Shown here piece by piece: positions 7,471 through 15,651 of a stretch of 31,032 nucleotides of DNA. The notes under the pieces were generated by a model. It saw only the letters and a list, made by a program, of their open reading frames with translations. It did not search any database and was not told where the DNA came from. Each line of letters starts with the position of its first letter. Position 1 is the stretch's first letter. Origin of the DNA: a virus (taxonomy: Duplodnaviria; Caudoviricetes); IMG/VR virus record IMGVR_UViG_3300043436_000442, positions 1 through 31,032 of that record; one strand, 5' to 3'. Both the position numbers and the translations under genes were made by a program.

Positions 7471-7650
7471 CTTTTTAACAACTTTTTTTAACATTTTTTT
7501 AGAATTGTAGTATTTACAAGGGTTTCAGACGCAAACTTTTTTTCGTGTTTCTACAGAATGAAACATATAAGTGGACAAATAGCGAAGTTTTTTGAGCTTA
7601 AAAGTTGAAATTCTTAATTCGCGAATAGCGAAATGTAGGTTACGATAAAC

Positions 7651-7676
7651 AAAAAAGCCCCCAAAAAGGAGGCTCT
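7651..7676 (-). terminator. Intrinsic terminator ending the late/lysis region
   Basis: GAGCCTCC-TTTTT-GGGGGCTT followed by a T run. Confidence 0.85.
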
Positions 7677-7704
7677 TAAACGCTATGAGTAGTGGTTAGG
7701 TGTA
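7651..7704 (-). ncRNA. Candidate ~50-nt antisense sRNA (seed UCAUAGCGUUUA)
   Basis: Bounded by TATATTTG (7705-7712) and the terminator; seed complementary to starts at 849, 1110 and 2719. Confidence 0.45.
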
Positions 7705-7712
7705 CAAATATA
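7705..7712 (-). promoter_or_regulatory. -7 element TATATTTG
   Basis: Same TATATTTGTAC context as the 5830 site; directly after a TAG stop; no gene between it and the terminator. Confidence 0.5.
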
Positions 7713-8744
7713 CTAAAATATGTGACTAAGTCTTGCTACTTGTCCGTGTTTTTTATGATGCAAGAATCCCTCAATCGCTTTCGGAGCGTGTTGGTAGCCG
7801 TTTCTATGATGCCAGCTATCAGTTCCTGAGGCAGAACGCAAACTCTCAACCGTCACACCTTGATAGTCTTTCGACATTTTGTGGTGAACGTGATGCATAT
7901 AAACGTAACGATGCTTAGTTAAGCTCCATTCTAAAGGAAACTCAGTAGCTAACAATAAAGGTAAGTCTCCGTGTTTCGCTCCGTCTCCGTGTGTAGTTCC
8001 AATCAGGTTCTCTCCGTATCTAAAAGCCTTGCGATGTGAAAGAGAGCAGTCGAAAGTGATGTTTGAAGCCTTACGAAAATGTGTTTTGATAACATCAGCA
8101 AGAAAGAATCCGTGAGTGTAATCGTGGTTAGAAGGATTGAAGACAAAATGTACATCAGCCACAGCAATAAGTCTCTCAAGAATGTCAACATATAAATCTT
8201 TTGCGGTTAGAAAATTACGATACCACATCCCATCGGTATCTTGTGGAGTTCCTGATGTTGTAGTTCGTCTTGGAGTATCTATGTGGAGAATATCGTTTCC
8301 ACCAACGAATAGAATCTTATCTATGTTAAATCCTGCGGACTTGTCTAAAATGCCTTGTACGCCCTCTAAAACACGTTGTACTGCTATTTGAGAGTTGTAG
8401 TCCTCTCCAGTCTCGAAAGCATCGCATAGCTTACCTATGTGAATGTCAGCAGGGTCTATTACTAATAAGTGAGAATCTTTACCCGTTGTTCGTGTTATCG
8501 TAGGGTAAGACGGACTATACTCAGTCATCTCTCCAATTAACTTTTCTTTGAACTCGTTGAACTTGTCTTCTTGTCCGTTAAAGTTTGGGTTCTTAAAAAA
8601 GAGTGACGCTTGTTTAGACTTCAACCATCCGTGTTTGACGTCTTTGTCGTTTAAGCCTAAGTCATTGGCTTCTCGCTTAATCGCTCTGTACTGGTCAATG
8701 ATGTCAACTTCGTCAGGCTTTAAGCGGTATCTTGTTTGTTTCAT
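7713..8744 (-). CDS. Calcineurin-like metallophosphoesterase
   Basis: DIHIG, GNDILHID, SNHD, HGD, HHVHH metal-binding motifs. Confidence 0.85.
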   Translation of the reverse strand: MKQTRYRLKPDEVDIIDQYRAIKREANDLGLNDKDVKHGWLKSKQASLFFKNPNFNGQEDKFNEFKEKLIGEMTEYSPSYPTITRTTGKDSHLLVIDPADIHIGKLCDAFETGEDYNSQIAVQRVLEGVQGILDKSAGFNIDKILFVGGNDILHIDTPRRTTTSGTPQDTDGMWYRNFLTAKDLYVDILERLIAVADVHFVFNPSNHDYTHGFFLADVIKTHFRKASNITFDCSLSHRKAFRYGENLIGTTHGDGAKHGDLPLLLATEFPLEWSLTKHRYVYMHHVHHKMSKDYQGVTVESLRSASGTDSWHHRNGYQHAPKAIEGFLHHKKHGQVARLSHIF

Positions 8745-9160
8745 AGAGTGTATTTACTAAACTTTAGAAGCCACTTTGTAACAAAGCCAGCACCAAAGCC
8801 TATAATAAATAACCACAAGTTAGGTTTCTTGTTTTCTTGTTTACGTGTTTTGTACTTAATTACCTCTACTTTTTCAATCATTTTCAAGGTATCTCGCTTT
8901 AACTTATATTCAATACGTGTCTCAAGTCTCGTTTTAGGCACGAAAGAACGATTGTAACGCACGATTGTATCTTTTTGAACCATTACCTTTTTCCAAGCAA
9001 TAGAGTCCCTTAAAACGTAAGGAATTGAGTCTATCGTGTTTATGGTGATTGTATCAGCAACCTCATCGCATCGGTAACCTTTCTTGATTGCCTTTCTAAG
9101 ATGGTAGTTAGCTGAACACGAACTCAGCAAAACAAGGACTATGAGTAGTTTAGAATTCAT
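8741..9160 (-). CDS. Putative unimolecular spanin (lipoprotein with C-terminal TM helix)
   Basis: Signal and lipobox LLSSC; C-terminal LWLFIIGFGAGFVTKWLL; follows the candidate endolysin. Confidence 0.65.
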   Translation of the reverse strand: MNSKLLIVLVLLSSCSANYHLRKAIKKGYRCDEVADTITINTIDSIPYVLRDSIAWKKVMVQKDTIVRYNRSFVPKTRLETRIEYKLKRDTLKMIEKVEVIKYKTRKQENKKPNLWLFIIGFGAGFVTKWLLKFSKYTL

Positions 9161-9725
9161 TGATAAGGCAGTAAGTTACAAACTTCTCCGTTTTTAGGAG
9201 CTTAATCATTATTTTGTATAGGTCAACTCTATTGACTACTTGACATCCTGCTGAATACCAACCGATGTTAGTTCCTGATGGCTTGCTTAAATCGTAGGTA
9301 TTAGGATGAAAATTAATGCCAAAGTAACCCTCTTGAAGTTTTCCTTGCTCTTCGCTTTTTGAATCTTTGTCCGTGTCTCTATAAACTCGCACTTTGTTTC
9401 CGAGTTGTAACAAGGCTTCGACTTTCCCGTTATGTTTACCATACTTCCAAACATTGTGATACCATTCATCAGCTTTTAACACGGCAGCTCCGTCTTTGTT
9501 CACTTTCTCGAATTGCTTAAGTGTTGGAGTACCAGGATTTGTAGTTGCTGAAGTGACTAAAATGAACTCCTCGCCTTTGAATAAGTAAATCTTATCGTCA
9601 AAAGTGTTGGGAATATCGTCTAATGAACGCACACCGAGTAGCCAATATCCTTGAGGTATCTTAGTAAAAGACGGAAGAGATTTAACTTTCTCAAGTAGTT
9701 GCTTGTCTGTATAAGGTCTAACCAT
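9150..9725 (-). CDS. Putative endolysin with L,D-transpeptidase (YkuD)-like His/Cys motif
   Basis: GINFH-X17-SAGCQV; lies between holin-like genes and the spanin. Confidence 0.6.
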   Translation of the reverse strand: MVRPYTDKQLLEKVKSLPSFTKIPQGYWLLGVRSLDDIPNTFDDKIYLFKGEEFILVTSATTNPGTPTLKQFEKVNKDGAAVLKADEWYHNVWKYGKHNGKVEALLQLGNKVRVYRDTDKDSKSEEQGKLQEGYFGINFHPNTYDLSKPSGTNIGWYSAGCQVVNRVDLYKIMIKLLKTEKFVTYCLINEF

Positions 9726-9939
9726 TGTTATCTATTGTTTTGTTCCATACTGTTAATCCAATCGCAGTTGCCGAATAAGTAAGTAGGCCTACAAAAACAA
9801 ACTCGTGTACTTCAAACGGTCTGAAAAGCGGAATCAAAGCATAAGCAACCGATAGCCAAAAAGACGTAAATGCACTTAAGCGTTTAATAGACCACTTGCC
9901 ATTAGGCTTGAGTGTTTCTGCGATTAGTTTTTTTATCAT
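9718..9939 (-). CDS. Putative holin (2 TM)
   Basis: Two hydrophobic helices; start re-called to ATG 9939. Confidence 0.6.
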   Translation of the reverse strand: MIKKLIAETLKPNGKWSIKRLSAFTSFWLSVAYALIPLFRPFEVHEFVFVGLLTYSATAIGLTVWNKTIDNNG

Positions 9940-10129
9940 TAGGTAAGATTGCAAATAAGCGTTCTGGAATGTCTATTCGTGTATTTGTAGCTTGTCTGAA
10001 CGTCTGTTCTTTATAGCAGTCATACAAAGCAGTCTCAACCTTATTCAATCGGTTGTCAGTATGCCATAACCACAAGGCAAGCACTCCAGTTACTCCGTAC
10101 TTTTTAACGATGGTTACAAATTCGGTCAT
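9902..10129 (-). CDS. Small membrane protein (holin/antiholin-like)
   Basis: YGVTGVLALWLW TM segment at the head of the lysis cassette. Confidence 0.55.
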   Translation of the reverse strand: MTEFVTIVKKYGVTGVLALWLWHTDNRLNKVETALYDCYKEQTFRQATNTRIDIPERLFAILPNDKKTNRRNTQA

Positions 10130-10482
10130 TCTTCAATCAAAATTTGCGGTTCGTAAGGAAATTCCTCTTTAACACTATGACCAGCGAATGCGTGCTTTGG
10201 GTTCTTTGGTTCGACAAGGTTAGCTCCGAAGTCATAGGTGTTGTCCGACATTACATCGTAATGATATCCGTCTGCATAGATAGGTTGCTCGATTACTTCC
10301 ATTCCTTCCATTACGGGAGGGGTTAACATAATAAGTCCTATCTCTACAACTGCTTGCACTCCGCTTCCGTATGCTTCGTGTTTTTCTCCGTTGAACTCCA
10401 CCTCTACAAGAATGCCTTTAGCTTTCAAGTCTGCGAGTGCTTGTTCCTTGTCCGAATAAGTAAGTTTATATATGTTCGTCAT
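10126..10482 (-). CDS. Hypothetical protein after the fibre gene (possible fibre chaperone)
   Basis: Start re-called to ATG 10482 (ATGA overlap with the fibre stop). Confidence 0.65.
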   Translation of the reverse strand: MTNIYKLTYSDKEQALADLKAKGILVEVEFNGEKHEAYGSGVQAVVEIGLIMLTPPVMEGMEVIEQPIYADGYHYDVMSDNTYDFGANLVEPKNPKHAFAGHSVKEEFPYEPQILIEE

Positions 10483-12254
10483 ATCGTTGTAAGTTGTGCG
10501 AGTTGAGTATTTGTAAGGCGAGTTTTCCAAAGGGCAGCTGCGTTGATAGCGTTATTCGGTGTGGTCAAAGTGAAGTCAAGAATACTCATTGAGCCACTTA
10601 AGGTAAATGTAGTCGCTGAAGTTCCTACCTGAACACCATCTAAATAAAAAGCCGAACTGCCACTTTTGTAAGCTAAAGCAAGTTTATGTCTACCCGCTGA
10701 AGCTGAAGCACTAAACTGAATGTTTATGTTTTGAATTTGTGCCCAAAGTTGGTTGGCGTTTTGACTATTAAAGTAAATGTAAGAATTGAAAGAACTATCA
10801 TTAATAATCATATGGTTGTTAGTTGTTCCGTCATAGTAAAAATCCAAGAACAAAGTCCCCTCAGTTTGTCCTATAAGCGAACTAATGCCCGTCTTTGAAA
10901 TAACATCTGCGTTTCGTGTTACACTTGCAGAGGTTGTAGGTATGTATGAAGTAGCGTAGCTTCCTGCTTCGAGTTGTGCTCCCCAAGCGTAGAAAGATTG
11001 AGAACTTGAATTTTCAACACGACCCCTTGAGCCAAGCGTTGGACTCATTGAATCAGACAAGCCAAACATACAATATAAAGAAGTGTTTGCAGTAGCCACG
11101 CTTAAAGTAATTCTACGCCACCCGTTACCCTCGTCTGTGATTGTAGCTACTTGGTTTGTTACGCCACCACTTTGAAAGGTTGCAGTAGTCAGGTTGTCAA
11201 GGTCATAAATTCCCGTTGCCCAATTCACCCCTGAACTTTGGTAGTTAAGCGAGATATAAACGAATTGTGCAGTGTTCTTTTTTACATAGATTGAAGCGGT
11301 TGTATTTGCTCCACCCGTAAACCCCTCAAAAAAATCGTGATTGCTTAACGCTCCATTACCCGTAAAAGTGTCTGCGGTCGTAGTTCCGTCTGGGGCGGTT
11401 GTGCTATTTGCGGTAATTGTACCGCTTGACTTACTCCAGTCGGAGCTATCAAAAGACGAACTATAAGTGAGTAGGTTAGTCCTTTGCGGTTCTACAAGTA
11501 AACTTGGACAAGTACCATTTGAGTAGTCAAGTCTTGGTATGTTAAGGCGTGTTTCCGTTTTTTGGTAGTCTTTAGCGGTTGAGCCCTCGACAAGTTGAGC
11601 ACCCCAAGCGTAAACACTTTGACCTGTAACCCTTGTAAAAGAATTATTTCCGTCAGGGTAAAGCATAAACGCAGTATATGCAACTGCATTCGGTACATAT
11701 CCAGTAACTGAACAACGATACCAACCATTCCCGACATTTTCAATTTCAGTATCTAAAATAACTGCTGCACCATCGGGTAGGTTACCACCTACTACACCCG
11801 TAGACAAATTAAACCAAACATACATTTCTCCATAAGTAGTTGCACCACTTCGAGCAATAGCAAGTACTGCCCAGTCATTGTTGGTACGCTTCAAATAAAC
11901 GGAATGCGTAACTATTTGAGAAGTATTAACGGATGAATAAGTTTGTAAAATAATGCCCGAAGACGAACTATTTGTAAGCGTGTCAGCGGTTGTTTGCCCG
12001 TCAGGTGCGGTTGTACTATTGGATGAGATAGTTATACTACTTTTAGTCCACGCTGCGTTATCAAAAGCTTCACTATATGAAAGCAAATTGTAAGGCACTA
12101 ACTCCACCAAGCCAGCAGAGTTTACTCGTGTTGCGGTGGTCGCTCGTGTTACTGACAAGTCGCCAGAACCATCGGACGGAATAACGGAATATAATTTGCC
12201 CTCCTTATATCCGTTTGGCGTTACAATTAGGGATGCAGTATCTAATAGGCTCAT
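10479..12254 (-). CDS. Virion fibre/spike protein with two tandem carbohydrate-binding-like modules and a C-terminal LamG/ConA-like domain
   Basis: S/T/G-rich; repeated NLL.YS..FD...W.K...TTAPDG.TTAD...GNGW.R...YAWGAQL; C-terminal HKLALAY...FYLDGVQVG. Confidence 0.75.
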   Translation of the reverse strand: MSLLDTASLIVTPNGYKEGKLYSVIPSDGSGDLSVTRATTATRVNSAGLVELVPYNLLSYSEAFDNAAWTKSSITISSNSTTAPDGQTTADTLTNSSSSGIILQTYSSVNTSQIVTHSVYLKRTNNDWAVLAIARSGATTYGEMYVWFNLSTGVVGGNLPDGAAVILDTEIENVGNGWYRCSVTGYVPNAVAYTAFMLYPDGNNSFTRVTGQSVYAWGAQLVEGSTAKDYQKTETRLNIPRLDYSNGTCPSLLVEPQRTNLLTYSSSFDSSDWSKSSGTITANSTTAPDGTTTADTFTGNGALSNHDFFEGFTGGANTTASIYVKKNTAQFVYISLNYQSSGVNWATGIYDLDNLTTATFQSGGVTNQVATITDEGNGWRRITLSVATANTSLYCMFGLSDSMSPTLGSRGRVENSSSQSFYAWGAQLEAGSYATSYIPTTSASVTRNADVISKTGISSLIGQTEGTLFLDFYYDGTTNNHMIINDSSFNSYIYFNSQNANQLWAQIQNINIQFSASASAGRHKLALAYKSGSSAFYLDGVQVGTSATTFTLSGSMSILDFTLTTPNNAINAAALWKTRLTNTQLAQLTTI

Positions 12255-12454
12255 ATTTGAGAAAGGTTTAAAATGGTTAAAGACATACAGAAAGACGATT
12301 CGATAACTCCACCCTCATCAGCTACTCTTAACTCAAGTTCAAAAGGTGCATTAAAGGTTGTAGTTGCGTAATCATACAAAGAATCTGCGGTGTTAATTTG
12401 GTCTCCCCACCACGTTGATTCGTATATCTTGCCCCAGCTTATGTTGTTTGACAT
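12251..12454 (-). CDS. Small structural/adaptor protein upstream of the fibre
   Basis: 67 aa; ATGA-coupled to the fibre; WG.IY..TWWG motif. Confidence 0.7.
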   Translation of the reverse strand: MSNNISWGKIYESTWWGDQINTADSLYDYATTTFNAPFELELRVADEGGVIESSFCMSLTILNLSQI

Positions 12455-12527
12455 TTTCTATCTTATTTAAAAATAACTTTAATTTCTCTACGTTGTTCTC
12501 CTTTGGTGTGTATGTCCGTTTTTTCAT
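12393..12527 (-). CDS. Hypothetical basic 44-aa protein (not in ORF track)
   Basis: MKKRTYTPKENNVEKLKLFLNKIENVKQHKLGQDIRINVVGRPN; ATGA overlap with the HNH stop. Confidence 0.5.
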   Translation of the reverse strand: MKKRTYTPKENNVEKLKLFLNKIENVKQHKLGQDIRINVVGRPN

Positions 12528-12928
12528 AATACGTTGTGATGAACATTTCCAAGTACCTCATAAGAGTGTTTTCGGTTTTCCAAATTAGTACACCACTCTA
12601 AATTAATAACTCGGTTATCGCATTTTATTCCATTAATATGATTCACTTGCTCCTTGTTTTGTTCATTTGTCAAAAACGCATCAGCAACTAAACGATGAAC
12701 CTGATGATTGTTTTTAACTCCGTCTTTATATAAACCAAGACGGCAATAACCCTTATTAGTTATGTGAAATTTAATCAATACTGGTTTGTAAGTTACTACT
12801 TGTTTTACGTTTTTCAATATTGGATGATTTCTTTCAAATGTTCGAGGCTTACTTCTAACCCTCCCCATATCGCTTACCTCATACAATTCTTCGTAATTTT
12901 TTACTGGTTTCCACACTTCATTTTGCAT
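12524..12928 (-). CDS. NUMOD4-HNH homing endonuclease
   Basis: EVWKPVKNYEELYEVSDMGRVRS (NUMOD4); VHRLVADAF..VNHINGIKCDNRVINLEWCT..N (HNH). Confidence 0.93.
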   Translation of the reverse strand: MQNEVWKPVKNYEELYEVSDMGRVRSKPRTFERNHPILKNVKQVVTYKPVLIKFHITNKGYCRLGLYKDGVKNNHQVHRLVADAFLTNEQNKEQVNHINGIKCDNRVINLEWCTNLENRKHSYEVLGNVHHNVL

Positions 12929-12953
12929 ACGCTATATATTTATTTATTGTTTA

Positions 12954-13454
12954 CTAAATTAACCACCCACTGAAGTTATTAGTCGTATCAGGATACATAT
13001 CTTGGTCAACATTCTGATTGTACTCAGGGAACAAATCTTGGTTGAAAGACATATAACTGATGAATCTCTCCGTGTAGTGTTGAGCAATTTGACGCTCTTT
13101 CTCTAATAAAAAGTCTACTTCGTTTTTCTCTACGTTTTCAGCGTTCTCAGAAGAGTGCTTGTAAACTCCTTTGTTAGCGATTGTGTAAGCTGCAAAAGGT
13201 AAATACTCAACCATTGACCAATGTATCAGCATAGGCTTTACATACGTCTCTACAAGGCTCTCATAGTTACCTGAAAGCGTACCTGCAATGATGTCAGCTT
13301 GAATCTTCTCAAGTAATTTCGTGCCTAAGTAGTTTTGTATGTGGATATCTTGAGCAATCTTAATGAATTGAATGAACTTGTCAACATCGACATTTCCGTT
13401 TACTGCGGTGTAACGCACCAAATCGTCTCTCGTAATTAGTAGTGCAGTTGCCAT
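12954..13454 (-). CDS. Putative head-tail adaptor/connector
   Basis: 166 aa directly after the portal (TAATG); position-based call. Confidence 0.55.
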   Translation of the reverse strand: MATALLITRDDLVRYTAVNGNVDVDKFIQFIKIAQDIHIQNYLGTKLLEKIQADIIAGTLSGNYESLVETYVKPMLIHWSMVEYLPFAAYTIANKGVYKHSSENAENVEKNEVDFLLEKERQIAQHYTERFISYMSFNQDLFPEYNQNVDQDMYPDTTNNFSGWLI

Positions 13455-15244
13455 TATTGTTTTCCGTAAATAGGGTTAGTAGGTAAAAAGCCATTGAAAG
13501 GCATATCAACAGGTCGTGTGGATACAAGTTTATCATTCTTGATAGTGTAGCCGAACTTCTCTGCTTTCGCTCCTGCGATTTGTTTAGCTTTAGGAGAGTT
13601 AACATCAATTCCAACGCCCTCGAAACTTGCGTAGACTTGCTTGTTCCATCTGTGATGGCAGTTACCACCACCTTTGTACTTCCATACGTCATAGGTAGCA
13701 GCACCTTTCGGGCCCCAACCATTGTTAACGGGTTGAGTACTCATTCTAACGATGTCTTCCTTGCGGTAAATCTTGTTAGCAGTAGTCATTTTTTGACAGA
13801 ACTGACGAGACTTAGCATTCGTTTCTCCTGCGTAAACATAGCGAGTGATGAACTTAACACCGTCAACAATCTTGTCTTGCTCTGATTTAGCGTTAGGATT
13901 TGCAGTACCAGTAGTTACAAAGTTGTATACTTTCGATAACAAGGTGCTTTTCGGCTCGTTAGAGAGCATTTCATTCTCTTGGTCATCGTTATCATAGTCT
14001 ACGGGATATTCGTCTATTAAAAGCCAATTTTCGTTAGGCTCTTCTCCGCACTCAAGTAAGGCATCAGCTATCTCGTTATCTAATGGTTCTTGTTTTGATA
14101 GCTCAGTTCCCGTCTCTTCGATTACCTGCTCTTCAGTCATAGCATTTTCAAGGTCTACGAATTCAAGCGGTTTAAGCGTCTTAAAGAATAAGTTGAGTGA
14201 AATGTTGTTGAAAGCAAGAATCTTGTCTAAGGCATCAATTATTTCCTCTTGGAAAGGCTTAATAACCATATTGTTGAACAACACAAATGAGTTCTCTAAC
14301 TCGTCAGCGTTTGAACTGAATCCGTTAGACGAAGCAACTCCGAACAATAGCGGAGAAGTGACGTTGTGTCCGAGCATTATTTTACGCAAACACTCTTCAG
14401 ATAAGTATGTGTAGTGGTCAGGTGCGTCATTAAGTGGAATGTCCTCAACTGTAGTTCGTGTGTCCATATTGTCGTTGAACGCTACGATTACTTTTTGACC
14501 TTTAGAACCCGTCAATTTACCAAGAACTTTGCTTGAGATGATTTCTTGTTGCTCTAAAGTAGGTACTCCGTTGTTGAAGTTTACAACCTTAGTTCCTGAG
14601 AATCCGTTTTGTACTTCATTGATTAGATAGTCCGATACTTCCTCCTCCAAAAGTGCGTAAGGTACTGCTCCTTGATAGTCAGGATAAGCATAGTACTTCA
14701 TTCCTACTGAATAAGGCTTAGAGAATAGGATTTCTACCTTTTCGTTGCTGAATCCAAACGCAGGGAAACGCTTTGGCACATACTTCTTAACGTCTGACCA
14801 ATCATCAGAGTAGTAGTAACCCTCAATCTCTCCGTCTTTATTGCACTTCTCAGCTCTTAAAAGATTCACGGGAATGTGGTAAGCCTTTAGGATTCTATCG
14901 TGCTTATCGTTGTAGTGTACCTGAATAGCAAACTGACCAAATAACTTGCGGTCAAAAACAATCTTGCGAAGACAATCTTTAGACATCAAGGTCATCATTT
15001 GAGCGTACTCATTCGGCTTCTTGTTTCCGTCAGTAGCTGAAAGTCCTTTCCCGTAGATAAGTCTCGCTATGTTGTTAATGATAGCGTTGTTCGTGGTTGA
15101 GTTGGTGTAGCGGTCAATTAAAAACTGGTAGTAATTGTTATCTCCGTTTGCACTATCATAGTTTACCCAAGCATCTCTCTTACTTTCTTGGATTGTAGGA
15201 GCGGTGTAGGCAGATAGATTTAGTACGTGTACGTTGTTACTCAT
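13454..15244 (-). CDS. Portal protein with ~200-aa C-terminal extension
   Basis: Portal-like helical core (NGFS, IMLGHNVTSPLLFG, VIKPFQEEI) then an acidic linker and a domain ending GGGNCHHRW. Confidence 0.75.
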   Translation of the reverse strand: MSNNVHVLNLSAYTAPTIQESKRDAWVNYDSANGDNNYYQFLIDRYTNSTTNNAIINNIARLIYGKGLSATDGNKKPNEYAQMMTLMSKDCLRKIVFDRKLFGQFAIQVHYNDKHDRILKAYHIPVNLLRAEKCNKDGEIEGYYYSDDWSDVKKYVPKRFPAFGFSNEKVEILFSKPYSVGMKYYAYPDYQGAVPYALLEEEVSDYLINEVQNGFSGTKVVNFNNGVPTLEQQEIISSKVLGKLTGSKGQKVIVAFNDNMDTRTTVEDIPLNDAPDHYTYLSEECLRKIMLGHNVTSPLLFGVASSNGFSSNADELENSFVLFNNMVIKPFQEEIIDALDKILAFNNISLNLFFKTLKPLEFVDLENAMTEEQVIEETGTELSKQEPLDNEIADALLECGEEPNENWLLIDEYPVDYDNDDQENEMLSNEPKSTLLSKVYNFVTTGTANPNAKSEQDKIVDGVKFITRYVYAGETNAKSRQFCQKMTTANKIYRKEDIVRMSTQPVNNGWGPKGAATYDVWKYKGGGNCHHRWNKQVYASFEGVGIDVNSPKAKQIAGAKAEKFGYTIKNDKLVSTRPVDMPFNGFLPTNPIYGKQ

Positions 15245-15566
15245 AAACTATATAAGTGTTAGAGGTTGTATTTGAAGTGTATTGACCTGCGTTAACTGAG
15301 AATGTAGTTACGTTTTGGTCTGTACAGAATATGCGGTCTTTGTAGACGATTGTGTTTCCTTGTTTTAGTACGAGGTCGTAGAAGTGACCCTCAGTTAAAT
15401 CAAATGTAGCAGTGACATTTACTACATAGTCATTAGCTGCAATTTGAGTAATTGGTACGGTTTGAGGTGTGTTAGTTTGGTCATCCGTAATTACCATTGT
15501 ACTGATTCCGCTTCTTGGAATGCAAGCAAAAGTTTGAGGTAGTGAAGATGTAGTTAGTACTATCAT
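15237..15566 (-). CDS. Hypothetical structural protein
   Basis: 109 aa, beta-rich, under the candidate late promoter. Confidence 0.7.
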   Translation of the reverse strand: MIVLTTSSLPQTFACIPRSGISTMVITDDQTNTPQTVPITQIAANDYVVNVTATFDLTEGHFYDLVLKQGNTIVYKDRIFCTDQNVTTFSVNAGQYTSNTTSNTYIVYE

Positions 15567-15572
15567 ACTATA

Positions 15573-15597
15573 ATAACCAATTCACTATGGGTTTGTT
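15573..15597 (-). promoter_or_regulatory. Candidate late promoter AACA-N16-GTTAT
   Basis: Shared motif with 12473, 18264, 19385 and 26575; lies just after a terminator. Confidence 0.55.
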
Positions 15598-15603
15598 TTA
15601 AAT

Positions 15604-15631
15604 AAAAAAGGGAGACCGAAGCCTCCCCTTT
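15604..15631 (-). terminator. Intrinsic terminator after the tail tube gene
   Basis: AAAGGGGAGGC-TTCG-GTCTCCCTTTTTT, C(UUCG)G tetraloop. Confidence 0.9.
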
Positions 15632-15651
15632 CACGCTATGAAAACTATTTA

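Noticed and set aside
5776-7523. TTACAAGGGT shared by 5776-5785 and 7514-7523
   Set aside because: A single 10-mer match; cannot be distinguished from chance
7685-7699. Plus-strand mini-ORF after AAACGCTATG (MSSG*), and a similar one from 15638
   Set aside because: No plus-strand promoter seen; 4 codons, or wholly antisense to the tail tube gene. Not formally excluded
10479-12254. Diversity-generating retroelement acting on the fibre repeats
   Set aside because: No reverse transcriptase, and the repeats differ broadly rather than only at adenines
12524-12962. Group I intron around the HNH
   Set aside because: Only ~25 nt of non-coding flank; no ribozyme core
13381-13722. Alternative-frame minus ORFs (13381-13722, 11492-11743, 3033-3218, 8003-8191, 9287-9469, 26474-26662)
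   Set aside because: Nested in better genes, with no slippery site or coupling noticed
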